From a virus: a DNA stretch of 64,000 bases. Positions 1 through 9,800 of the stretch are shown here, one piece after another. Below the pieces are notes generated by a model. It worked only from the letters and a program-made list of their open reading frames with translations. It ran no database searches and was not told where the DNA came from. The stretch covers positions 14,667 to 78,666 of the IMG/VR virus record IMGVR_UViG_3300037882_003336, one strand, 5' to 3'. Each line of letters begins with the position of its first letter. The first letter of the stretch is position 1. The position numbers were made by a program, and so were the translations under genes.

Positions 1-382
1 GTACACCCTGGTCGCCCTTGTCGAGCGCACGGTTGATGTCCTCGGAAATCGGACGGAGTTCATTGAAGAACCTCCACTCGTTCAAGTCGAGATCGTCTTT
101 GATTTCCGGCTCGACTTCCGTCACCGATCCATCGTCTTCGGTTTTCAGGATGCCCTGATGACTGGTGGGCTTGGTGCGGGCGGTGCTCGTCGGGATGCTC
201 ATGGAGGTCATCTCGGAAAGCCTGCCGGTGCGCACAGGGCCAAGCGGCAGAACTTCCAGACCAACTGGAGCGGAGCGTTTGATGATACGGGCGCGGATAC
301 CTTCGGAAAGGGCTTCACGACCAAGCATGGCAACGAGGCGCTTCTCAGAATACTTGCCACCGGGGATGTCTTTAAGCGTCAT
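1..382 (-). CDS. Hypothetical protein, runs off the window edge (C-terminus missing)
   Basis: Manual translation from ATG at 382 (MTLKDIPGGKYSEKRLVAMLGREALSEG...) stays open to position 1; overlaps the stop of 379..1017 (ATGA coupling). Confidence 0.7.
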   Translation of the reverse strand, partial: MTLKDIPGGKYSEKRLVAMLGREALSEGIRARIIKRSAPVGLEVLPLGPVRTGRLSEMTSMSIPTSTARTKPTSHQGILKTEDDGSVTEVEPEIKDDLDLNEWRFFNELRPISEDINRALDKGDQGV

Positions 383-1017
383 AGGTTGTTCAGTAGATCC
401 TTGAAGGTCTTGTTGTCGGTTTTGGAGTTCATGGGCGCTGGCCCATCAGCTGGTGCGGGTTCGCCACCCCCTTCGGGTGCGGGTTCGCCTTCTGGTGCGG
501 GTTCGCCTTCTGGTGCAGGAGATTCCTCGCCTTCCGGTGGTGCTTCCCCATCAACAACTGGCTCTTCCTTGGTTTCATCTGAAATGTTGCTGGATACTTG
601 GGTCAGGCCATCACGGAGGGTATCCGCATAATCTTTGAGTTCCGTGCCGTCGGGGTGCGTGCTGAACAGGCCGTCGAGTGCGTCCACCAAGTTGGTGATG
701 GCGACCTTCAACTGCCCTTCGTCCTTTTGTGCCTTGAGATCTGCCTCAGCACCCTCAAGACGACCAATGACACCCGACAAGAAAAGACGTTCTGGAGAGT
801 CAGGTGGGAGACCTGCGACGGCGTTGTTTTGTGTCCGGAAGTATTCCAGAGCTGGGGACAGCACGTCAAGCGCTGGTTTGGTGTCCGCCGATTCGGAAAG
901 CCCACGAACACGCTTTTCTTCCTCTTCTTGCTCCTTTTGGCGACGGCGGCGGGTCGCAATCAGGTATTGCTGAGCGCGGAACGGGTCCCGAAAAGGAATA
1001 GGTGGGCTTTTGATCAT
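379..1017 (-). CDS. Acidic hypothetical protein with PEGEPA repeats (possible head/scaffold-associated)
   Basis: 212 aa, helical core plus acidic Pro-rich repeats; coupled to neighbours by ATGA overlaps. Confidence 0.6.
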   Translation of the reverse strand: MIKSPPIPFRDPFRAQQYLIATRRRRQKEQEEEEKRVRGLSESADTKPALDVLSPALEYFRTQNNAVAGLPPDSPERLFLSGVIGRLEGAEADLKAQKDEGQLKVAITNLVDALDGLFSTHPDGTELKDYADTLRDGLTQVSSNISDETKEEPVVDGEAPPEGEESPAPEGEPAPEGEPAPEGGGEPAPADGPAPMNSKTDNKTFKDLLNNL

Positions 1018-1427
1018 GAACGCGAGGTGGCGGATGGGAGAGCGGCGAAATTCTGATCCGACACGTGCCCCTTGAGGATGAAGCGTCCGGCGTTGGACAC
1101 CGCAGACCGGGCAATGCGAATCGTGTTGTGAGTAGCTGGCAGACGGAATTCCAGCATGTAAAACCCACCTGGGGCAATGGTCACGTTTAGTTCGTGATTG
1201 ACGCTGTTGGTTGGGGTCGAGAAGAACCCCGGAATCCGCTGTGCGTAGGTGAAATCGAGCTTTACCGTGGTGTCCTGCGGATTGTAGACGCGGAGAGCGA
1301 TTTGCACGGACCGGTTGGCCAAACCGTCCGCCCGACCACGAGCTTGGGTGGGGATGAAGTAAATGTAGAGTCCGTCACCCACTTCGCGAGCTTCAGCTTG
1401 GTCTTCAAGTCGGATCATTGGAACCAT
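1014..1427 (-). CDS. Small beta-rich hypothetical protein, probably virion-associated
   Basis: 137 aa ORF directly downstream of the tail protein cluster. Confidence 0.55.
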   Translation of the reverse strand: MVPMIRLEDQAEAREVGDGLYIYFIPTQARGRADGLANRSVQIALRVYNPQDTTVKLDFTYAQRIPGFFSTPTNSVNHELNVTIAPGGFYMLEFRLPATHNTIRIARSAVSNAGRFILKGHVSDQNFAALPSATSRS

Positions 1428-1442
1428 GTCGATAGCTAGTAA

Positions 1443-3350
1443 CTAGATTCCCCACTTAGCGGCGGCGCGAGCAAAGAGATCTTCCAAGGTAGCCGCTGAT
1501 AGCGCCACTCCCCAAATTGCCACCTCTCCCATGTGGCCTTCGAAACCACTCCCGATCGAAAAAGTGCCAGATCCGGACGCCATGTTGTCGGAAAATGTCC
1601 CAGTAGCCACCGAAACCCCGTCCTGATAAACCACCAAGTCGTTCCCGTTCCTCACCAAAAACCACACGGTCCACGTGGTGACATCGGCGATTGTATCGGT
1701 GACCCTACCACCACTCGCCACGTCACCACAATCCACGTTCAGATCACCGGCAACGTACGGATAAAAGTTGAATTCTTCCACCCCGTTGTCAAACGAGTAG
1801 ATTACACCAGCGCCCGCGTCCCGTTTTGCCACCACCATGGCAGTAAAGTTGGTGGTAACTGCCCAAGTGCCGACGTTTTGGGATGCCAAATTCAGAATAT
1901 CGGTTCCACCGAAGTATAAAGCACTAAGGCCATTCCGTTCGGCAACCTGCAGGGTGGGGCGGTCACCAACGGTGGGTTGGGTTGGAGATCTGGAGTTGCC
2001 GGAAAGATCGGTCCACGTTTCCACGGTGCTACCATCGGAGCCGGTCAGCACAGATGCGTCCAACCACAATTCCAGCCCAACTGTGGCGGTCAACGCCAGA
2101 GGACCAACGTTGCAGAACAGCCCCATTTGGATGTCACCAGACGCGATAGACGCCGACGGGATTTTGGCCGACCCCTTTCCCGTATAGGCTCCACTGAACA
2201 CGAACAGGTTGTTAGTCTCCGGGTGGGTCACCACCTCACCAATTGGCAAATAAGAACCAGCGTTCCCGATGTTCGGAATCAGCGGGGAGCCATCTTGTAT
2301 CACCACCGGATTCAGGGTGAGCGGTTTAGTAGTGCTTCTGGTCGCCGCTCGCTTACCGTACAGGTTGAACCCCACCATGTCGGTTTCCAGGTTCACATCC
2401 TCAAAGACCGGAATATCGAACCTTGCTAGTCCACCGAGAGGACCACGAGCCGCTTTCACATCGAGCGGGGATGAAAGAGCGTCTACGAGAGTTGAAGCCC
2501 CAGATCCAACAGCTGTCCACCCGTCTGCTGTTTCGTTGGAAATCGCCACCCTTTCCCCATATGGTCTCCCAGCTGGAAATGCGGCATCATCGAACAGCAC
2601 GTTGTCAATTTGATTAGCCGCATAAGCGTTGGTGGCGTTGTCGAATATGGGCGGACCGAAGTAGATGTACGGAGCGGACGCTAGTACGGTGGTAGCAACC
2701 GTGTTCTGCCCGGTGTAAGAAGCGGACTGCGCGATGCCGTCCACCGATGCCTCTATGAGCCCGGTAGCCGCATCGAGTTTCACGTGCACCTTCAGGAAGT
2801 GCCACGTAAACGTGGTAACGTTAGTGATTGTGATGGTGGCAACCTCTGTCGCCACGTTTCTGATCGACAGCACCACTGTCCAAAGCGGAGCCGCATAGGT
2901 GGTAGACTGAGCACGGATCGATACATCACCCCATTTGAAGATTTGTGCGTAATCGGCGGTAGGCTCGTACGAAGAGGCCAGGTCGGAAGTAGGGAGACCA
3001 AACCTCATGTCCATCGTCATCCATACTTCCCCGCCTATTCCGAATACGCTTCTCACCATTGCCAGCTGTTGAGCCTTGGCGGTTACCCAGGATGCCCTGG
3101 TCGGGCTGGAGCCAGAGGTGTATGGGGACGCCCCCGCTGCCCCATAGCAACTGCTTTTAGGGCTCCTCCCACCCCTGAATACAGTGCTTGTAGAATTTGG
3201 GTGGCTGGGCGGGCCGGTAGATGCAGTGGCCGTTGCTACACCGTTGTTGTGATATACACCGATCGGTTTCAACCACGAAGCCCACGTGGTCGGAGCAGTA
3301 GTGTTGGCGTCCGTAGAGACGTCAAAGTCGATGAACAGTTTTACAGCCAT
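1443..3350 (-). CDS. Virion tail-associated protein, paralog A, with C-terminal LamG/concanavalin-like domain
   Basis: Shares N-terminal block (LFIDFD...WLKP.G.YHNNG.AT; FKWGD; H.KLD..TG; YT.QNTV) with the two upstream ORFs; C-terminal LELWLDAS...WTDLSGN...KWGI module. Confidence 0.7.
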   Translation of the reverse strand: MAVKLFIDFDVSTDANTTAPTTWASWLKPIGVYHNNGVATATASTGPPSHPNSTSTVFRGGRSPKSSCYGAAGASPYTSGSSPTRASWVTAKAQQLAMVRSVFGIGGEVWMTMDMRFGLPTSDLASSYEPTADYAQIFKWGDVSIRAQSTTYAAPLWTVVLSIRNVATEVATITITNVTTFTWHFLKVHVKLDAATGLIEASVDGIAQSASYTGQNTVATTVLASAPYIYFGPPIFDNATNAYAANQIDNVLFDDAAFPAGRPYGERVAISNETADGWTAVGSGASTLVDALSSPLDVKAARGPLGGLARFDIPVFEDVNLETDMVGFNLYGKRAATRSTTKPLTLNPVVIQDGSPLIPNIGNAGSYLPIGEVVTHPETNNLFVFSGAYTGKGSAKIPSASIASGDIQMGLFCNVGPLALTATVGLELWLDASVLTGSDGSTVETWTDLSGNSRSPTQPTVGDRPTLQVAERNGLSALYFGGTDILNLASQNVGTWAVTTNFTAMVVAKRDAGAGVIYSFDNGVEEFNFYPYVAGDLNVDCGDVASGGRVTDTIADVTTWTVWFLVRNGNDLVVYQDGVSVATGTFSDNMASGSGTFSIGSGFEGHMGEVAIWGVALSAATLEDLFARAAAKWGI

Positions 3351-3354
3351 CCCC

Positions 3355-4632
3355 TTAAAAGTTTTGCGCCTCCACGTAGAGTTTCCAAGTGAGCATCTCG
3401 GTGTGTGTAAAACGAGTGTTCCCGGTTTTGTTGAACATACCGCCCTGCATGATTACAGCGGTGGAGTTGGGTGGCACGTGTGTCGGGACACCAAGCGGAA
3501 GTATGACGCTTCGAAGTGCCTCTGATGGGTAAAACACAGATGCCATTTCCATGCCGACCGCCAATTTTTTGGCCTGCACCGCATCTCGGTTACAAACTCT
3601 TACATGGAATGTTGCACCGATCACTTCGCTTTCCAGACTGACATTCGCCGGAACGGTAATGGTAAAGTTGGCGAGCGAACCACCGCCAAGGCTCCTGATC
3701 GCTTTGGCATCAGTGCCGCTGGATACTGCGTCGGTCAGCGTGGTGGCACCGGTACCGTAGGCACCCCATCCGGTATTGGTGCTATCTGCCGAGATAGTTC
3801 CCCGTTGAGCGCTGATGCGACCCGTTGGAAATGAATCGTTGTCGATGTATACGTTGTCTATGAGCCCCACGTAAGCGTTGGTGCCATTGTCGTAAACTGG
3901 TGGGCTGAACGAAATGTAAACAGCACTACCCAACGCGATTGTTCCGACCGTGTTTTGGTTGGTGTAACTGGCGTGTCCGTACCCGTCAACCGTCACATTG
4001 AAAGCCCCCGTGGTAACATCCAGTTTAGCGTGAATGCGGACGTGATGCCAACTCCCCTGAACGACTTCTGGGAAAGAGACAGTGGCGACCTCGGCAGCAC
4101 CATTATAAAGCGAAACGACGTGCGTGATGACTGCAGACGCGTAGTCAAGCTGTTTGCACCTTAGCGAAAGGTCACCCCATATGAACAATTGCTCCCAGTC
4201 GGCAGATGGGCTGTATGAACTGGAGAGCGACGAATTATGGGTGACGAACGCATGACGGAAATCGAACGTCATGAAGATTTCATTGGTGATCTGTGGATAA
4301 ACAGACCTGACGAGACTCAGCTGAAAACCCTTAGCGGCGGCAAACGCAGTCCTGGTGGTGCTGGTTGCTGCGCCGTACCCAGATTGGTGTTGACTTGGAA
4401 TACCCCCGAAATACGGGCCGTAGGCGGCGGAGTTGGTGGCAACTCCAGGTGCTAGGACTTGTACGCTGTTCCCTTGCGGTACGTTTGGGGGACTTATCGC
4501 GGGGTCCAGTGTGGCAGCCCCATTATTGTGGTACATGCCAAGAGGCATAGACACTTCAGCCCAGTTATTGGAGAAGGTCGGAGCCACCCCGGATTTCATC
4601 CAGTCAAAATCAACGAATAATACTCCAGCCAT
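3355..4632 (-). CDS. Virion tail-associated protein, paralog B (no added LamG module)
   Basis: Same conserved blocks as paralogs A and C; Thr/Ser/Gly-rich beta composition. Confidence 0.7.
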   Translation of the reverse strand: MAGVLFVDFDWMKSGVAPTFSNNWAEVSMPLGMYHNNGAATLDPAISPPNVPQGNSVQVLAPGVATNSAAYGPYFGGIPSQHQSGYGAATSTTRTAFAAAKGFQLSLVRSVYPQITNEIFMTFDFRHAFVTHNSSLSSSYSPSADWEQLFIWGDLSLRCKQLDYASAVITHVVSLYNGAAEVATVSFPEVVQGSWHHVRIHAKLDVTTGAFNVTVDGYGHASYTNQNTVGTIALGSAVYISFSPPVYDNGTNAYVGLIDNVYIDNDSFPTGRISAQRGTISADSTNTGWGAYGTGATTLTDAVSSGTDAKAIRSLGGGSLANFTITVPANVSLESEVIGATFHVRVCNRDAVQAKKLAVGMEMASVFYPSEALRSVILPLGVPTHVPPNSTAVIMQGGMFNKTGNTRFTHTEMLTWKLYVEAQNF

Positions 4633-6794
4633 TAGGTTGAGGTCAGTTTGAGTTTAAGATTTGCAATCTCGGAGTATAGATAAGGATTACTAGACCCGTC
4701 TAGGTAAACGCTATCAAAAATATCGGCACCAGCCAGAGCAATGGTTGGTGTATCGTCCAGTGGGAGATTGGTGGCTCCCATGATTGCACCCTGGGTTTCC
4801 ACACCAGCCTTATCAATGCCAACGGCCAACTTCCTCGACGTGATTGGGTCACGGTTCGCTGCCTTGATCGCGTAAAGGTTAAACCCGAGCAGGTCAGCAT
4901 GAATGTTTCCAATACCTGTCGGAACGTTACCAACGGGGGTTTGAAAAGGCATCGAACAGGTAGAACCAGCAGGACCGAACAGTGTCTTATTGTTTGCTCC
5001 AGTTTGTGGAATGTTGGTGTAGTTGGCACCGTTCGCACCGATCTGCCATTTCCTCATTAGATAGGACATCACTCGCCCCCGGTCTGTCTCCGTGGTCGTG
5101 CTGTAGATGATTACTTCATGGACCCTTGCGTACATGAAGGACGTATGGATGGCACCACTAACCCACCTCCCACCGAATAGGATGCCAGGGGTGGAGGTAG
5201 TGACCGAACCCTCACTATATTGTCCACCACCCTGGGAACTTAGCGTGGAGTGGTTACGGGAAACGTAGGACTGAGTGGCACTATTCCTACGGTCCATGAA
5301 GATGTAAGGACCACCCATCAAGACGCTACCATTTGATGGGGAGGCAGTCGCGCTGTTGACTTGGGTTTGTGTGATCTGCGATGCAAAGTTATTATAGTAA
5401 GCAACACGTGTCAGGGTGTCGTAGTCGTTCCCGGTACTACCAGGACCAACACCCAATGCAATGCCACCGTATCGACCACCCGTCAGGACACTCCCAAGGT
5501 CCTCCCAAACAATGAAGACGGTGCGAAGTGAAAGGTTGACAGTGAACAACGAGTTTGCCATCCAGTCATTACTGCCGTCAAACAGCATTGCACGCTTTCC
5601 GTTGAGCACGTTGGTCTTCAGGAATGGTTGTGCTCCACCGGTTGCCTGGGTGAGATGGTACCCGTTTCCGGATTTATCCTCCCATCTCGCCACTGGAGAC
5701 CCATCAGTGGTGACGTTGGACCCACCTGAGGTGGCATCGAAAAGTGTGGTGGTATCGTTGGCATCCCACCACCCAACCATCCCGGAAATAGACGTGGGTG
5801 TGAAGCTTGATGCCACATACGGTATGCCTGACACGGAGGTTGAGTGCAAGCCCCATTCACCACCTGACACCACTGACGGCATGTTGGGGTCCAGCCTAGC
5901 TCGGTAGGCGATTGGGCGACCGACCGGGAAGGACCCCGTTGAGAATGTCACGTTGTCAAGTGTTCCAGAACAATGCAGTGTAGTTCCGTTGTCGATGGCG
6001 GGCGGGGAGAAGTAAATGAAAGTAGCGGTGGCGAGACTGATCGACGAGACTGTGTTTTGATTGGTGTAGGTGATGCCCATGTCCACCCCGTTGATGGAAA
6101 CAGCAATGGAGCCAGTGGTCGCATCGAGCTTGGCATGTACCCGGATAAAGTTCCACGCGAGGCTTTTGACACCAGCAGTTGATATGGTGGCGACTTCCGT
6201 TCCAGCGTTCCTTACCGAGTACACAACGGTGCTGGAATCGGAGTTTGCGTCATAGGTGGTGCTCTTAACCCGAATCGCTACATCACCCCACCTGAACATT
6301 TGAAGCGAATCGTCACTAGACTCGTAGGAAGAATTGAATGACGCGCCAGTAGCAAAACCGCCTAAGTTACGGTCGGCGAAAAACTGAAAGTCGGCAGTGT
6401 AGAACACCTCGTCTGTGATGCTGTATACAGACCGTTTCAGGGCTAGCTGCATCGCCTTAGCGGCCAGGAATGTGGCTCTGGTTTGAGAGGTTCCAGAGGT
6501 ATACGCTGCCGTGCTGGTGGTGTTGCTGGTTCTAGCGGTCTGGCACCGTCCATACGCGCCGCTTCCAATCAGAGCTTCTGATGAAGTGCCACGACCGACC
6601 GACTCCCAAAGTGCCGAGATGCTGTTGGAACCATTTGGTGGGCTGACAACTTGAGACTCAGTCGCCACCCCGTTGGCGTGGAATACACCGGGGGGTTTAA
6701 GCCAGTTAGCCCAGGGGTTGTTGAACTGTATGCCGCCGTTGGTCGAAGCCGACCCAGTCGGAATGTCAAAGTCTAAAAGAATCTTCAGTGGCAT
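4632..6794 (-). CDS. Virion tail-associated protein, paralog C, with internally inserted LamG-like domain
   Basis: Conserved paralog blocks; GWWDAND...WEDKSGNG.HLTQ...FDGSND...KWQI module in the middle. Confidence 0.7.
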   Translation of the reverse strand: MPLKILLDFDIPTGSASTNGGIQFNNPWANWLKPPGVFHANGVATESQVVSPPNGSNSISALWESVGRGTSSEALIGSGAYGRCQTARTSNTTSTAAYTSGTSQTRATFLAAKAMQLALKRSVYSITDEVFYTADFQFFADRNLGGFATGASFNSSYESSDDSLQMFRWGDVAIRVKSTTYDANSDSSTVVYSVRNAGTEVATISTAGVKSLAWNFIRVHAKLDATTGSIAVSINGVDMGITYTNQNTVSSISLATATFIYFSPPAIDNGTTLHCSGTLDNVTFSTGSFPVGRPIAYRARLDPNMPSVVSGGEWGLHSTSVSGIPYVASSFTPTSISGMVGWWDANDTTTLFDATSGGSNVTTDGSPVARWEDKSGNGYHLTQATGGAQPFLKTNVLNGKRAMLFDGSNDWMANSLFTVNLSLRTVFIVWEDLGSVLTGGRYGGIALGVGPGSTGNDYDTLTRVAYYNNFASQITQTQVNSATASPSNGSVLMGGPYIFMDRRNSATQSYVSRNHSTLSSQGGGQYSEGSVTTSTPGILFGGRWVSGAIHTSFMYARVHEVIIYSTTTETDRGRVMSYLMRKWQIGANGANYTNIPQTGANNKTLFGPAGSTCSMPFQTPVGNVPTGIGNIHADLLGFNLYAIKAANRDPITSRKLAVGIDKAGVETQGAIMGATNLPLDDTPTIALAGADIFDSVYLDGSSNPYLYSEIANLKLKLTST

Positions 6795-6801
6795 ATTAAA
6801 C

Positions 6802-9800
6802 CTATGTGATAGCCCATCTGTTCATGAGCGCGGAAATCATCCGGGTGCGAGTGGTGTGGCTGTGCGCGGTGTTGAAGATGATGATATCCCCGATGTAGCC
6901 TGAGAAGTTGCCAGAAACACCCGCAGACGACGCGTCGGTGCCAACCCAGAAGGTGCTGGTTCCCGCTGCCATGGCGGTGCTATTGGCAGCGGAGTTGTTG
7001 AGGACATGATTCCTGAAGAGCGACAGCATCTCCCCGTCGCTGCACACCGTAAACACCTGCCATCCTGACTGAAGTGGGGTAGTGGTGGTGAGTCGTCCAC
7101 CACTACCGGTATTTCCGAAGTCGGCGTAGGTGACTGATCCAGTGTAGTATGGGTAGAGTGAAACTTGTCTCGAAGCCGCATTGAAGACAGCCGCTGGGCC
7201 ATTATGCAAGGCGGTCTTGCTGAAGACAAAATAAGCGGTATATCGGTCGGTGACTCCCCACGTGGTGAACAAATCCTGAGACGAGATAGCAAGGAAGCAC
7301 TTAGACACTCCCTTCCACTGCACCGCGTTGAGCCCATTCTGTACCGAAGTGCGAAGGCTTGGTGCGATTTCGCTGTACAAGTTCAGGTGGGTAGCGTGTC
7401 TGGCATTCCCGGAAACATCCGTCCAGGTGGTGAGCGCGGTATCATCAGATCCAGACAGTGCTGGTCCGTCAAGGTTCAGGACTGGCGCAGTGATACTGGC
7501 TATCACGGTAGCAAGAGATTCAGTGGACGGTACCGGATAAGTCTCGTCGAGAATGATAACGGGCTGGAAACCCTCCAGGGAAAGCGTGTCGTCGACGGCA
7601 TTCTGAGCGCCAATAACCGTCCCGAGTGCCTGAACAGCTATTGATTCCTCAGAGTCTTCGGATGCTGCGATCACCGTTCCCAGCGCCTGCACCGCGATGC
7701 TGGACTCACGTAGGGTCTCTACGATCGGCACAAAGGACATCGCGTCGACCTGGAGGCCGTATTGGATATCTTCGACAATTGGAACGAACGCCAGCGCGTC
7801 AACTTGGAGACCACGCATTGCCCACTTGGACTTAGCATACAAAGAAAGGAGATTTATCTCGGTATCCGTCAGAACCCGATTCCAAGTAGCCACTTCGCCT
7901 ATCCTCCCTCTCCAGGTATTACCAGAATAGTCACCGAACAAGGCCAGCGCGTTCCCTGAGGCATCTGGCACCCACGCGTTGGAACCAGACCCCGCGTAGG
8001 TCATGGTCGACAACACCCCATCAACGTAAACCTTGGCTCCTGTAGTACCATCATCCCAGTTGCCGCCACCGTATATCAGGACCACGTGATACCATCTTCC
8101 AGCGGTTAGGATGGTGGTGGACTCCGCTCTCAAGTCGTTCAGAGAGGCAATCAACTTACCAGTGCTCAGGTGGCCAATCCTAATATTCTTGGTGTTTCCG
8201 GCAACTCCGAATCCAAATCCGTAGTAAAAATTGGCTGGACCGTCAGTCGACATTAGTATCGAAATTGTGAATCCAGTGGACGGCAGTATTGTGTTGCTGA
8301 GACCGGTGGCGGCAATTCGGGTGTCGTCCGGAGCATATCCGGCAAGCGTGTAGTCAAAAACACCGTAGCTAGCTGCTGGTTGTAGGCTACCAGTGCCTTG
8401 TGCCAAGTTTACCCCGTTCCCGGATCGGTCCGCCAGGGTTGCATACGCCGCTTGGATCGGCTCTTGCCTGAAGTCATACCACGTGGTGAGGCCACTAGTC
8501 ACTGGGATGGCATCAGGAACCGCCTCACGCAGTTCGATGCCCCATTTGTTGGCCAGGAACACCTCAAGCGCTTCGGATTCCTCGTCTGGAACCGCACGAG
8601 AGATCAACATGACCTCCGCCAAGTCACCCGCGAAGAATGAGGACGACCCTCCGATGTAGAAGGTGCCGGTGGTGGCGGCGTTGCCATGTCCAGAGATCGT
8701 GGACACCTGGACCACGCCGTTAACGCGTACCGTTGAGACCCCCGCCTCGCGAGTTATCGTGACGATGTTCCAACCACCGTGATGTGGGGTCGAGAAACCA
8801 GTCATCCCGTTCCCGACGGTATTCGCACCACGGGTCGAACTCATGTAGTGAACCGAACCCGCCTGCGTAGAATCGTAGATGCTGCCGTATATTCCGACAT
8901 ACCACCCGTTGGTGCCGTCATAAGTGCCGAGAATCCGTCCGTTTTGGTTGACGGTGAACCTGAACACCAGCACGATTGTCTGATCGCTCGTCAGGTCGAA
9001 GTCGTTGGTGGCAAGCGACAACACGTCATTGGAGCCATCGAACCTCACCACCGTCCGCCCATTGTAGGTGGCGTTGGAGACGACGATTGGCTGATTGAGG
9101 CCAGTTCCCTGAGTGAGAGTGGCCGATGCCACGGTGTCAACCCAGCTGGAAATGGCGGTGCCGTTGGCGGTCGCGCTGAAGGATGCGTGGGCGTCCCAGT
9201 GACCCTCAAGGTCCAGGATGTCGGCGATACGGAATTCGTAATCGCCAGGACCAGCCAGTTCCCAGTCCGCCTGAGACCGATCTGGAGCACCCATGGTCAG
9301 CGGCTGAGCCAGATCATAGACGGCGTCGACGACTCTCCAATCCGCCTGAGAGCGCTCTGCGTATTCGAGTTCTGGTTCGTATTCGGCACCAAGCACCCCC
9401 CAGTCTGCCAGCACCCGCTCAGTCTTGGTGTCGACGGTCGAGAAGAAGGCCAGATACTCACCGACCTGTGACCTCCACCCCGCCATTGCATGCTCCAAGA
9501 CGGCTTTTTCAAGGTACTGTTCACCGAACGCCCCACCCCGCAGTGCCCACTTGATGCGAAGTTCCTCAATGGTCGCGATCGTCTCGGCAGTGTTGGTGCC
9601 ACGGTCGTAGAATCTGACTTCACCGATGTGACCACCAATCCCGTACCCGATTGATATGTTGGTGAGATAAGACCCGGTGATGGGGGCGCTGAGCGTTCCG
9701 GAGTCAACAATTTCCCCGTTGATCCAGAATTCGTACTCAAGGTCTTCGTTGACCGTGATGTACCAAAGGCTCCAATGACCGGTCGGCTGTTCGCTGAACA

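Noticed and set aside
440-545. Tandem DNA repeat (GGTGCGGGTTCGCC)
   Set aside because: It simply encodes the PEGEPA low-complexity linker of 379..1017.
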